A stretch of 49,972 nt of DNA, counting the filler, from Sphacelaria rigidula (taxonomy: Eukaryota): NCBI GenBank assembly GCA_964200075.2. It is 3 parts of 3 records of this genome, joined end to end, with 100 filler letters (N's around TTAATTAATTAA, not from the genome) between each part and the next. Parts side by side here need not be neighbours in the genome. Positions count along the whole stretch, not along the records: positions 33,385 to 49,972 come from CAXNAA020001308.1; 2 more parts are not named here. One strand, 5' to 3'. The notes under the pieces were generated by a model. It had not been told where the DNA came from, did no database searches, and saw nothing but the letters and a program-made list of their open reading frames with translations. This document shows, in pieces, positions 34,180 to 46,649 of the stretch. The translations under genes and the position numbers were made by a program. The stretch's first letter is position 1. Each line of letters begins with the position of its first letter.

Positions 34180-34456
34180 CAACGTTTATTTTTTTAAAGT
34201 ACGCACGAGAGAAGGTCATTTGTTGACTGGGTATCAATTTCACTTAACCCTTTAAACACACACAAGCAACACGCATGTGACCTCAAGGGTGGTCTTGTTC
34301 TCGCCACAAACCTCAGCTACCATCCGCGGCTGTCTGCTACCGAGTCTTAGACGGACACAGCCTACAAAACTCCCAGCCAGCCCTCTCAACCACGAAACCA
34401 TGCGATATCGGTTATAGCCAATCAGGGACCTTAAAAGGTCTTCCTCGTTAGGCCCA

Positions 34457-34730
34457 TGAGCTGGGCCAGCCTAGAGGCGGATTTGAAGTTTGCAGGCCCA
34501 TGCTCTTTTATACATTTAGAGTTGGACCCTGAAGTTTGGTACGGACAATGCATAGGGCATGAAAAAAAAATACCTCGGTACCAAAATGTTTTTTTTTCAT
34601 GAGTTAAACTTTTTTTTTTTTACTGATACCTGAAAACTGATTATTGCCCTCAACTCATGAAAAAAATAAAAAATGGTGCCGAGGTAATTTCTTATTGATG
34701 CCTTGTTCATTGTCCATACCAAATTTCAGT
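34457..34730. mobile_element. Tc1/mariner-like terminus with internal foldback
   Basis: GAGCTGGGCCAGCCTAGAGGCGG matches 16417; inverted arms TTTGGTACGGACAATG / CATTGTCCATACCAAA and ACCTCGGTACCA / TGGTGCCGAGGT. Confidence 0.7.
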
Positions 34731-34859
34731 CTTTGTCATAACCCTGCGGTTACATATGCGGATTTTCAGCAACGCGCCACTGTTTCGTGCAGACGCCAGA
34801 CACGTCATTCCTGACCAGCCTCATTGGTTGTTCTGAAGGTCCGGTCCCATAAGGGTTGA

Positions 34860-34956
34860 CTCTTAGACAGCGAGGTTAGTCTTCTGTTGAATCGGCATCA
34901 ATTACAAGTGAGAAAAGTATGCATGATCCAGATAGACTACCCTCGCGGTCTAAGGG
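34860..34956 (+). mobile_element. ~100-bp piggyBac-like MITE
   Basis: CTCTTAGACAGCGAGG...TGTTGAATCGGCATCAAT...CCTCGCGGTCTAAGGG|TTAA. Confidence 0.8.
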
Positions 34957-35052
34957 TTAACATGGGGTCATTTTGGAGCGGAAACCTCAACGAGGCGTTA
35001 CAACTACTTGATTTTAGTTCCATTGTAGGTCACGGGCGCTACAATGATTCAA

Positions 35053-35219
35053 CCCTTTTGGGACCGAACTCCCAGAAACATGCTGTTTGCTGTTTGCACC
35101 CAAGGGCCTTGTTGTGAATCGGCATCATTTTTACTTTGAAACCACTGAAAATGGTCCCGATTCAAAAAAAAAAACCTTCGTGCAAACACCATGTTTCTGG
35201 GAGTCCGGTCCCAGAAGGG
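35053..35219. mobile_element. Second piggyBac-like MITE type with ~30-bp TIRs
   Basis: CCCTTTTGGGACCGAACTCCCAGAAACATG ... CATGTTTCTGGGAGTCCGGTCCCAGAAGGG; the same terminus follows TTAA at 29261. Confidence 0.75.
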
Positions 35220-35636
35220 TTTACAGGTACACACCAAAATATGAGAAAATGTGCTGGGCGGAACACTGGTCACCCAGGGAAAACAGGATGTCGTGGGAAA
35301 CATTACAGCGATACGCCTGGTACCCTCTGTCGTCCCCATCTTGACCGTTCCCTCGTGTGGCGATTTTATGAGCTTTTGGGGCTTCTGTATGGCTCCAAGT
35401 GCAACTCTTGGGCTTCGGGTCGACAAACAGACGGTGATTAAGTACACTTTCGAGAGAGCATAATAAACGATCGTATGGCATGTTCTGGGGGATCGGCAAG
35501 ATGCTTCGGCAGTCGGGTGATTGGAATAGATTGGCAGCCGCCGCTTTGGTGCTTGCCTTGTTTGTCAAGATAACGGGAGACCTGCCTGCCGTCCATGTAG
35601 GGAAAAAGGACATCGGAAACCACATTGTAATGCTGA

Positions 35637-35975
35637 GGCCCTGACTCATTGAGACAAAAGGAAGAGAGAATCAAAACAAGCGTCCAAAGGCAGAACACTG
35701 ATTGGTCGTCACGCGAAAGTGACGTCGCGGCAGGCAATCCACATGCTGCTACTTGTCAGAGGCTTGCTTTGTTATTCTACGCTTCTCTCTCCTGTCCCGT
35801 CAAGGCGGCGTCTTGCCGAGACAAAACAAGGAACGGGGGAAGGAGCAAGCGTCCAAAAGCAGGCACCATGTTGATTGGTCGCCGGGCGGGTCCATGGTTG
35901 CATCGACCAATCGACATGCTGCTTCGGACCCTTGCTCTGTTCCATGCTTCTTTTCTTGGTCTCGATAAGATAGAT
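35637..35975. mobile_element. Two adjacent ~165-bp near-palindromic MITE copies
   Basis: GAGAC...CAAGCGTCCAAA...TGATTGGTCG arms mirrored by CGACCAATCGACATGC...GTCTCGATAAGA. Halves also at 36268-36340 and 36790-36897. Confidence 0.65.
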
Positions 35976-37256
35976 CCTAGAACCCTTTGACCGCCATCCG
36001 TTGAATCGGCATCAACTCCATTTGAAAAATTGAAAAATCGATTCATGACCCAGATGGCCTACCCTCACGGTCAACCCTTACACGGCGAGAGTAGGCATCT
36101 GTTGAATCCGCATCAATTTCACTCGAAAGAAGTACAGTATGCATGATCCTCAGTCAATCGGAAGAACATAGCGCAGAAAAAAATACTCGTACCAAACCCG
36201 CCAAAATCATTTCCACTCTCACGGCGCGTTCTCACTATTCTTGTCCCGTTAATTAAAACGTTAAAACGGGCCTTGTCTCATCGAGACCACAAAGAAGAAG
36301 CGTAGAACGGTACAAGCGTCTAAAGGCGGCATGTTGGTCAACGTGAAGGATCGGAGCGTAGCGGGATCTGCGGTTTGTGGAACGGGTACGAATGTGAAGA
36401 AGCTAGGCTAATGTGAGGGGGTTGTGGCTCGGCCCTGTAGCAAAATTGTTGCACCACGGAGGTTGAGAACTAAGCTTGGAGCAACGAGGAAGACGGGCCG
36501 GCGGTTGAGTTTGAAATCTTTCCGTCGTTTGGCTTTAAGATGGGTATGTATAGTCTCTTCGTGGTTTCACCACCGGGTCAAGTGTACAGTAACATCGTAG
36601 TCGGACCGGGAGGGACAGGATCCTGGAGTGGCGTTGTTAGCACGATTTTCAGAGGAGACTTTAACAGGCGTACAGTAGGAAATACATTGGCGGCAAGGAT
36701 CACATGCACCAAAGTGCATGTTGCGGTATGATTTGGTTTGCGTTGCGTCACATTTGGTATTCAAATTAATAACAAATATTCCACATTCACGAGAGGAGCA
36801 AAGCAAACATAGACCCGCCCGGCGACCAATCAGCATGCTGCTTTCGAACGTTTGTTTCGTTTCTGGCTTCTCTTCTTTGTCTTGACAAGACAGGGCCTGT
36901 AGGATGGGGCCCAATCGAATTCGATCAAAACATTCAAAAGCTCATGATGTGAGAGGGCGGTTCTTCTGGGTTTGAAAAATAAATCCTGTTGAAAACTGCG
37001 TTTTGGGCTCTTCTCCGTCGTTTAACGCCCGAAAAGAGCTAGGCGAATGTGGACAACTTGAAATGACTTGCTCTACTCGTTGAGAGCGGTTCAGGGCAAC
37101 TTTGCGTTTTCACGCTGGCTGCAGTTTTATTTCGAACCGAACTTGCATTTTCGACAATAAAACGATGGAGCGATCAAAATACTGTACTGGCAAAAAACTG
37201 CGCCAAAGATATGCTGTTAAAAACTGCCTTTTGGGGTCTTCCCTCTGTCGTTTTAA

Positions 37257-37566
37257 CCCTTAGACCCCGAGGGGAGGTCATCTGCTGAATCGGCATCAGT
37301 ATTCACTTGAAAATCGTATCTGTGATGCAGATGGACAACTCGCACCGCGGTCTGACCGTGAACCCCTAGACCGCGATAGTAGTTCATCTGAGCCATGTAT
37401 ACTAATTTCACGTGAAATTGATGCCGATTCAACATATGGGCTGCCCTCGCCCTCCAAGGGTTAACCCTTAGATCTCGATGCGGGTACTCCATCTAGATGA
37501 CACATACTTTCTTCAGGTGAAAATGATGCCGATCCAGCAGGTGACCTACCCTCGTGGTCAAATGGT
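37257..37566. mobile_element. Three abutting ~100-bp piggyBac-like MITEs in mixed orientation
   Basis: Starts TTAA|CCCTTAGACCCCGAG; units 2 and 3 share GGG|TTAA|CCC at 37458-37467; ends ATGG|TTAA. Confidence 0.8.
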
Positions 37567-37993
37567 TAACGAAAGAACGGAGATCTAGGCGGATGTTGAC
37601 ACCTTGGAATGACGTGATCTACGCGTTTCAGGGCAAATATCTTTTCATAACATGTAACAACTGGTTTGACCCCGCGTCATGTTCTTCAACCCACTCCTAG
37701 AATCACAAAAACGAATGGTAGAACGCATCCGCCACTTCAAGCATCGCATACAGAACCTAGTCAACACTGCCTAGACACCACCCCTCAACACGTTCGCGCC
37801 TTACTATACGGAGCGGTATTTGAAACACGAGCAGACGGGATATTGAGTGCTGAAATGCATGTGTCTTGTTTCCTCTCGCCTTGCCCAGCTTTTTTCATCA
37901 ATTTTTTTTTTCACAGCAAAATCCAAGGTTTTCCCTCAGGCGGGTTCTAATCGGAGACGATGATCCATCGTTTTTTTCTCATAATCGCTGTGA

Positions 37994-38167
37994 GGCCGTG
38001 TCTTATCAAGACCATAAAACAGAAGCGGGAGAAGGAACAAGCATCCAAACACAGCATGTTGATTGGTCGCCGCGACCATTGATCCGCCCGGCGACCAATC
38101 AACGTCATTCTGGGAGCTTGTTCTTCGACGAGTATCTACTTTTCTTCGCCCTCGATAAGACAGGGCT
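37994..38167. mobile_element. ~170-bp near-palindromic MITE
   Basis: GGCCGTGTCTTATCAAG...GTTGATTGGTCGCCG / CGGCGACCAATCAAC...CTCGATAAGACAGGGC. Confidence 0.75.
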
Positions 38168-38171
38168 ACGT

Positions 38172-38558
38172 GTGGTGTGTTCGTGTCAGTTGTCATCACA
38201 TCTATTCTGGACGCCAGTCTACACCTTCCGGTATCGGTAGACGTGGACGCATCAGCCGGGGTCACACAAGAGGAAGGCCGACATGACAGCGTTTCTTTTC
38301 TCGTTTTTATTGCAGTTCCCCTATCTTTCTGCGGTGCTCGCCATATTTTTCTCGCGAGAGGGGTTCAGCAGGCGGTCCCTTTTCCTTGTCGACCGCAAAG
38401 TCGAATTCAATACACCCAAGACATACTGTAGTCCCTGTGCAGAGTTTGGGCATGGTGTGAGTAAAAATCTGAGATCGTGTGACTGCACCGAGATTCGAAC
38501 CCGCGACCCGACCGTCGGAGAGGGTTGCGTGCGAGGTTACCAACTGAGCCACCAGGGC
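38172..38558 (-). mobile_element. tRNA-headed SINE family B with a CA-rich tail
   Basis: Minus strand begins GCCCTGGTGGCTCAGTTGG (A box) ... GGGTTCGAATC (B box). Body shared with 10040-10285; tail shared with 26278-26335, where it abuts (CA)n. Confidence 0.7.
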
Positions 38559-39039
38559 ATCCGGCTTATGAGACAACAAATTGACAAACTGCTCCGACGA
38601 AAACGAGTTTGAGTCTCATTCGAGAATTTTTTGTCCAGATCGAAGCCCAGATCCGCACACACGTTCAAAAATGCCCCGGTTGTCATCGAATTCTAAACAG
38701 ATTTGGGCAAGGTCACTACGCCCAAGCCACACCCTGGAAGTAAGTTGTCAAAAAGTGTACTGCGTGCAGTATAGAATCCACAGTCGAGTACACAATGATC
38801 GAAACTGTACGCAGTGCACTCATTGACAATGCAGTCTGTCGTCCACGGTGTCATCGTCACCCACTATGTGCTCAGCTGATGAGCAGCTATCCTAGATGTT
38901 CGTCGTTTGCGGGGGCAATGAGTTCGCCAGATTCACCTCTGATTGTGTTGGGTTGGGTGCCCAGCCTTGGCATGTGCCGCTGTAAACGGAACACGCAATC
39001 AATCGATCAATCGACGATCATCAACTGTACTACACTTGC

Positions 39040-39245
39040 TGTTGTTGTTGCTGTCTTCACAATAAAAATCTTTCCCATATCTGCGCAATGCATTCGTGCT
39101 GGGCTTCTCATGCGGACGCCTTTTGTGGTCACAGGCTAGCCACCTATAATAAGCTGCAGTGGGAGTAACAACACAAACAAAAACAAGAAGAAAAAAAAAC
39201 CTAGATGATGACTAAAAAACGCGATACAAGGAAAACAGGAATAAA
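39040..39245 (-). repeat. Interspersed repeat with (CAA)n end, homologous to 12300-12480
   Basis: GTCTTCACA.TAAAAA...ATATCTGCGC...GCGGACGCCTTT...GTCACAGGCTAGC...CGCGATACAAG.AAAACAGGAATAAA shared. Confidence 0.8.
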
Positions 39246-42200
39246 TTACTGTTTGTATCGCTATATTTGGTTTCCGCTTTTCTCGGTGGCATTATTTTGA
39301 GTCAACTGCCAAAACCATCGTACAGGACGGACACCCGTGACAGTACGGTGCCACACAAAAAATACCATGCAAGATCAGCCGTGCATGTCATCCTACTGGA
39401 GATTGTACAGGGAATCGGTCTGATCAACCGAAGCAGAGAAATGGGCATGGCTGACGCAAACAGACGATGTTTAAATGCTGTACTGACCGCACCCTCATGG
39501 CATGTACAACGCGAAACAGCCACGAAGCAACGCAAAGTGTCAAAACACGATGCATGTTTCCAGACATGCAATTGCAAGACATTGGTCCCTGACCGGTACT
39601 TCTGATCGTACAACACTCTGGGACCGTTGTATCTATATTATCTGTGTCTGGTAAGGAACTCCGCGACCTTTTGTTCCCGTTCAATATCGGTTATTCTTTG
39701 CCGCACCATACCCAACCAACTATCTGTCTATCGTACTGTCCACAATAAGGAAAAATGAGCGCTCTAGGCACCAGCAAAACTGAAGTCACAACACCATAGA
39801 GTGAAGCGCAGTACAGTACAAAGCGGCGCAGGACAGTGACGGTAGAGAGAAGAAGCGGCTGGTTGCGGTTGAGAGGCGGAAAGACGCCGTAACTGTCTCC
39901 GTGCGTCAGTCGAACGAATTCCTCATACGATCTTGATCGCTGAGCTTGTTTCAACGCACGGGCCGACGGACGCGCTGCAGGCCACGTGTTATCGCGACCT
40001 CCATAAAATCAGGTCCTACGAGAGGCGGGTGTAGCAAATGTGAGAACCCAGTGGACGCAAGCTTCAAAGTTTTCAACAAAATTTCATGGAATCTCGAGGC
40101 CTCAAAACTGCCACGAGTACAAGATTTTCAGCCATCACAGAGAAAATAGAATCTGAATCTGTGACATACAAAAGAAATATAATATTAGTAGTCGTCGGAG
40201 GTCGTCTATAACCCGCTGATTGTTGACGCATATTATCTATTATCCTTGTCGAGTCCTAAACGTAACCCCAGACCCAAGGCATACCGTGAACAATCGCAAA
40301 AGGGTGAACTCAGTATCTCGCATGCCATAGTCTTATGGCTATTGAACTGGCATCCCTACAAGCCGGAGGGGGGGGGGGCGGGGGGGGGATTCAGTACAAG
40401 TACGAGTATCCTTCCGCAAAGAGTGCCTGCAAAGCTCACGTCAACGTCAGGAGTTCAGCAAAATATAACGTTCCGAATCTAATACTTGCACAATGAGGTC
40501 CAAAACACGACAATGTCAGGTCAAGGCTGCCGTCTGATATTCGCTTAGTGTGCTTGGCCGTGGATACTGCCTGTAGGAAGAGAGGGGTCAACACTGCAAC
40601 CACATATCACTGAGGTTTTACTATTCAATAGGTGGTACAAGAAGCACAATACGCACGATTGTTATTTATCGCAGTGTGACAGACATTCAGTAGTGGAGTG
40701 CTGCTCCCAGTGTTGGGACGTTCTCACCGTCTGTTTCACTCTCATCATACCCATGTCATACCGCCACTTTCAGTTCAGCACGTGTATACAGGGGGCGAAA
40801 CATGACCATGTGGCACTCACCACCCTAGGGAGCAACTCTGTTGTTCCCTGCCCTACTTTCTTTGATTGACTGACTTTGATCGATTGTCTTCCTTCAACTG
40901 ACCACCCAGGAATACAGCCGGGGTCACATGATGGGGGTTCTCGAGACAAAAAACTGAAAACTCGCTGACTGATGAAGAAAAGACACAGCACGCGGGACGG
41001 ACTAATATTAGTTATTCGTCATGTACCATCGAAAAAGCGGTTCTGTTGAAGTCAAACCTTTTCATGCTTGGGATAATAGATGGATGGACAGGAAAAATCA
41101 GTATCCACGGTGAAAGCAAAACCAGACGCATACAGGACAAGCCGGGCCATGCGTGCCGTATCCTCTTTTGTCTAGTGATGATGTCTGGCTATCATATGCA
41201 TTTGGTCACGAGGCTACAAATCATTGTACAAAACGGTTTCGCGGGGTTAGATGGGACCATCGTGGACTTGAACTCGCATCATCTAATCCTGAGAATCCCC
41301 TGTCTAGCACCACCCTCATCTGCGTGTCTTGAGACTCATGTCTGTGGCACGGGATAGACAATGGTATGTTTCGGCTATGACGCGATACGCTACATGAGCA
41401 GTGCCGCATCATACCATGATGCACCAACCGTACAGCAGGATTGCTGTCAGCTGTCTGTTCCGCCGTTCCTTCCACGCAACGGTACTTACTTACTTGGACA
41501 AACAGATGAAAAGTATGAAAACAACGATAATCTCTCAATTCAAACTTCGCTGTGATGGTCTGCATCAAGGCACCTGTCTCATTATTTGCCTCTTTTCGTC
41601 CACTATTGTGCTGACTGCTTCCAATAACAGGACGGTCGGCAAAATGCTCCGACCTCGGTAACGGGCCAACCGCCGGCCCGCAATAAAGCGATGTGGGAAG
41701 TGCAACAAACAACAGCTCCATGCCAACAGATAGCCAGGAGCCCATGAGAAATACTGTGCATAACGTGGAGACGTGAAAATCTCTCGAAGGACTGGCAGAG
41801 TAAATGAACCACTCGTCGTAAACACAGGAAATGTACAAAAAAGCAGAGACGATGTTGGCGGCGAGTACCGTCGGGAAGGATTGAAAATACTTCGTTATTT
41901 AACCCCATCTATATCTCTGGTTGAAGGATCACGGTTTAACGAGATAGTCTTGCTTCGTGAACAACTGCATCTTGATTGACGTCGGGGTGCCCATTCTTTG
42001 TCTTTATCTCTCCCTCTGTACTCCTCTGTCCCTCTTTCGAGAAAAATCTCGGACATAGCAAAGCATATCAGCAAGTACGGTGTGCCACAACAACACAACT
42101 GACTATTGACGCCTGAAGTATTTATTAGCTTTACATCAATATGAGATACAGGTTTGAGTTAATATCAATGACAATATGACTCTTATATTTAGGACCGTAG

Positions 42201-42280
42201 AGGGTATTCAACGCAAGAACTCGGGAACCAGTCGCCTTCTACCCTTATTCCCCGGGCCCCCATGCGGTTTCAACACTCAC

Positions 42281-42597
42281 TATTCGTAGGCACCCTCGTG
42301 ATACATAAACGCGGGGTCGCCGTCCTCGATGGCTGGTAGCTCCAACGTAGACACGTTCCAGTCCGTATTTTCGTCGCTTGATAACCCCAAGCTCCGCCCA
42401 TTTGCATCAAACGCTTCTTTCCTCACAAAGCCCTGCGCCGCAGATTCCTCGACGACTGCCTGTGTCCGTCTCCTTTTTCGGCCTTGGCAATGTGGTAGCC
42501 AACAGACCATCAGCAATAGTACGGCCATGATAGCGGTCGTCATAGAGGTACGCAAACAACTCCGGCAGCAGCGGCCACGCTGCCGCTTCATGCTCAT
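42281..42597 (-). CDS. Probable first exon of a secreted or membrane protein of unknown family
   Basis: Hydrophobic signal-like segment MTTAIMAVLLLMVCWLPHCQG|RKRR, then EESAAQGFVRKEAFD...PAFMYHEGAYE. The apparent stop is a phase-2 donor TA|GTGAGT. Confidence 0.65.
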
Positions 42598-44122
42598 GAT
42601 GAGACAGCAGGGACACCTACCCCTCTACCCCCCAAAACTGTGCAAGTAACCCGCCGCGTGCTTTGTGTCTGCAGCTTTTTAGGACTACTGTACTGCTGTA
42701 CTCACTGCACTGAACAGACGGTGCTCATTCGGTAGTGACGTTACTACACTATTTTGTGCAGCAGCTTGTCGCGGAACGTTATCCTGCAGGACGTCCGGGT
42801 CTACAAATCTAAACCACTGCCGGCCCCTGTACCGATGTATGTGCCACCTCCGACCGTGGGTTGATGTCTCGCGCCTATGACCCCAGCATCCGCTTGTTTA
42901 CCTCTCCGTATTTCTAAATTAGACACCAACCCTGTGGCATACCCGTTGATGACCTACTGCTGAACACGTGCTGTACTTGTACTGAGTGTACCATACGATG
43001 AGACTGCGTAACGCGTGTCTACCGACCAGCATCGATGCACCTGCCTATTTTGGCGCAATTCCGTACTTCCGAAACTATGGAATCATACCAAACGCAAAAT
43101 ATTCGTGGCAATCTGAGAAATGCAAGAATCGTTTTTTTGTGGTCTGACAATACTAAAATATCATAAACCTCGCAACAACATTTTGGGGTTCCTTGATCGC
43201 TCAAGCAGCCTCGTTCACCCAAGCCCCTCGATGTCAGGATAGACCCTGGATATACCAGGTTTTTCAAGCGCAGGGTATTGCTAGATCCGCCTCACCTACG
43301 TTCATGATATTACAATGATAGATACAACTTCTTGCTACACTGCAGACAGTACTTCTGCAAATCGATATGCAGCTATGAGAGGCTATAGCAGGAGGTTCCT
43401 GATGAGAGTGAGAAAGGATCGAAGGGTAAGGAATATCGGAAATTTGAATATTGCTCTGCCATATATTTCCTATATTTCCTATGGAAACTCCGAGCGGCCA
43501 TAAACAGAGTGAAAACAGGAGTGAAATATGGATGGAAATTTAGCCATCAGAGCCAACCTATTATTCGACAGGGACAGCGCTGTGTTGAAGCTATAAGGAG
43601 GGTGGAGGCAAAGCAGGAGACGTTACCGAAGGGTATTACTGATGATGGGGGCTAAGGGTGCGACAAAAATCTTGGGTCCCCGTACCCTTCAGATAGGGAA
43701 TAGGCACCATCCATGCTGCTTCGACCATATCACCAACCCCGTCCCAAATTGGTGGTCTGGACGCTGTTCATTTTCTTCTGCCATAATACCGTAATTTTCC
43801 CCCATTGCAGCTCGGTCTTATGGGATTGTGCCATAATAAAAACAGGAAAAGCCCTCATTTTGGATACTGAAATGGCTTGCCCCGAGAGATCGTGCATGGC
43901 GCCGGAACGTGGCTTGGAAATCATATGAGACACGATCTAATCCATGATCATGCCACATGCTGCATCACGGTAGTACCTCGTATGGTGCGTGGGTTGTGAT
44001 ACAGTACTGTTGTAGGTGAGAGGCATGTTTCTATACAACATAATATGATGTTCAATATGCAGAGTAGGTGCGTAAAATAGTGTATATGTGTCTCGAACGT
44101 GAGCGTGTCAGTTGAGTCATGT

Positions 44123-44168
44123 GTTGTGTGTTGTGTGTGTGTGTGTGTGTGTGTTAACACACACACAC
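44123..44168. repeat. (GT)n-TAA-(CA)n inverted microsatellite
   Basis: GTGTGTGTGTGTTAACACACACACAC read directly; palindromic about GTTAAC. Confidence 0.85.
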
Positions 44169-45099
44169 TGGACAACAGAATACTCAGTCATAAAGTGTAC
44201 TGCGTAAAGTATCAACTATTGCGCCTATTGCAACAGACAATAGATTCGATACTGTACGCAGCACATTTTTTGACAAAATAATCTTTTGTCCAGGGTGTGC
44301 AATTTTCCTCCTGTGGACGCCAACGGGATATATCGATATTTGCCAATCATTTTCGTCAAGTGTTTCCAAGAGGCACATCCAATATCCAAACTGACGAGAA
44401 GCGTGTTTTCTCGAGCTGGTTGACATATCCATCATTGGACATGAGGGTAATACTGCAACTTCGAGAAAGAGTTGATACCCTCATGTCCAACCCCCAGGAG
44501 TAGAAAGAGTTGATACCCATGATCTCCTAGGGAAAGTGTACATTGACAAAGCTCAAATCCGCGCCGAACTCTTCTGCATCAAGAAGAACTCAGCAGGCAA
44601 AGCCAGCTTGGCCGCGGGATCCCTCTCTCACGTGGCCGATCCACGGACCACAGCCGATCTTTGCGCACATCCACGATGACAGGCGGGAGAATAGGCCCAG
44701 GTTTGGGGTACCTTTCGGCAACAGAACCACGATCCTACCCTCTCCGTCGACAGCGTTTTGGACCAGGAAAAGCTTGAGATTCGCCTTACAGGGTAACACG
44801 CTGTTTTACTGCACTCGTATTTCAGTGAACTAAGACATGATACGTGATACAAGTATGTGGTATTTCCACATCAGCTCCGTCAACAGGGCCCAGAATATAA
44901 ATACAGCAACACCATCTTGCCACCCAACGGCAGTAGCGGACGGAAAATGCCGACTACAAGCAGGGGGAAAGGGGTTGTTGGAGGTGAACCGTGTTGTGAA
45001 GGGCAAAAAAACAGAGTGAGCAACTGCGTGGTCCTTGATTTCGTTCCTCTGTCCCCCGTGACGATTTGCAGCCAACAGTGTACTCGTAGTCTGTGCGAC

Positions 45100-45232
45100 T
45101 CTTTCTGTTCCTTCTTTTCTTCAGCGAGTGTTTCAGCTTTGCTTTTCTTAAGAACGTCCATCATGCGACCACGGCTGGACCCCTGGGGGGTCAGTTGAAG
45201 TGCGACAGTTGATCGATCAATCAACCAATCAA
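45100..45232 (+). mobile_element. Retroposon-like 3' fragment ending AAGTGCGACA plus ATCA-type repeats
   Basis: Matches the reverse complement of 23905-24040. Confidence 0.7.
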
Positions 45233-45433
45233 TGTAACATTCTAGCTGAAAAAACACACACAGCAGTGTCCCAATCATGACTAACCCGCCCACTCGATGG
45301 GCACGTGAACACCGGAGCACCCGCACCCCTGCGTCTGCACGTGTGTATCTTGTCGATCGTCGGCAGGAGAGGAGGCCACACAAGACGATGAGATTGATAC
45401 CGAAACGATGATGATGAAAGATAACCGTATCAT

Positions 45434-45590
45434 TTATTTGGATACGTTAAACCGGAAGTGCACCACGTCTCCCTCCTTCACTACGTACTCCTTTCCTTCG
45501 CTTCTCAACAGCCCCTTCTCCTTCGCCGCCTTTTCGCTGCCGCAAGAAACCAGATCGTCGTAGCTCATCGTCTCTGCCCGAATAAACCCC
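45434..45590 (-). CDS. ychF: Last exon of a YchF/OLA1 (Obg-family) ATPase, C-terminal TGS domain
   Basis: TTTTTTCAG| then [51 protein letters not shown], the canonical YchF C-terminus. Confidence 0.95.
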
Positions 45591-46437
45591 CTGAAAAAAG
45601 CGGACAAGAAATTAATAAGCTTTACTCGGCGCTTTTCCGATCGCATGTTCGGCATACATTATAGCAATCAAAAGATATATAAATGGCCCTTTGCAAGGGC
45701 GGGTGAAAAAAATATCCCTGGACCCACACTACCCACCCCCAGCAGCTCCTGATTTGATTTTTTTTCTCAACAAGACAACTGTTTATCAGCCTTTGAAGCG
45801 TCAGTTGCTCAGCAAGACCTTGTCGAAACAATGCGCACGAGCCGTGCGTGGTTTGTTCGTGTGTTTCATGAATAAACTTGGATGGTGTGCAGTGGTTTGA
45901 GCAGTGTTGAGTGTTATTTTCGAATAATTTATCAATAATAGTGCTTTGATGATTCAAGATGATTTAAGCAAGCAAGTATAAATGATTACTCCAAATAAAT
46001 AACGCAGATCCTCCGGCTACACCCCCTCAGCCACACTAGTGCGGCCGTTGCAGTGGTTGCTGCGGTCACAGACGGGTGAAGGGTTTATGGTTCGTCGCAA
46101 CTGCCTCCCTCCCCCGCCTCGATCTTTTGCCCCAACTAAGTAGTCTCGCCGCATTTTTGCGAAAAATCCTTGGCTCTGCTTGTTCTGGTGTCAGGGTGCC
46201 GTACTCTAGTCATCTGACTCACTTGGGTTTGCTAGATTCGTGATGAGGTTGCATCAAGGAATGGATCAAGCGGTTTATCTTCGCTTACAGAGCGTACTTC
46301 TAGCCCAACACCAAACCAAGACTTACCGAGACCGCGACTGTTTCGTTTTTTGCTGCTTGTGCTTGGGCGTGCTCTGTAAGTGAAGTGACTCTTCTCCCCC
46401 GTTCAACCCATTCTAAAACCAAGTAACTTGTGGTTGA

Positions 46438-46546
46438 GCTTGGTTGCATTGAGTATATAGGATTTAGTATAGAACCGGAACCTGCCAGCCCGCTTGGTTG
46501 CATTAAGTATATGGGATTTAGTGTAGAACCAGAACCTGCCAGCCCG
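46438..46546. repeat. Two-copy ~54-bp tandem duplication
   Basis: GCTTGGTTGCATT(G/A)AGTATAT(A/G)GGATTTAGT(A/G)TAGAACC(G/A)GAACCTGCCAGCCC twice. Confidence 0.9.
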
Positions 46547-46649
46547 GACACGGTCCCAACACTGCTACCACCCCCCCGCCAATCGGCCCCAAATCGAAAA
46601 AAGTGAGTGTGGGTCCAGGGATAATTTTTTCATCCGCCCTCGCCCCTTG

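Noticed and set aside
39691-40020. Second exon of the 42281 gene
   Set aside because: Several AG/GT combinations are possible; none is convincingly supported.
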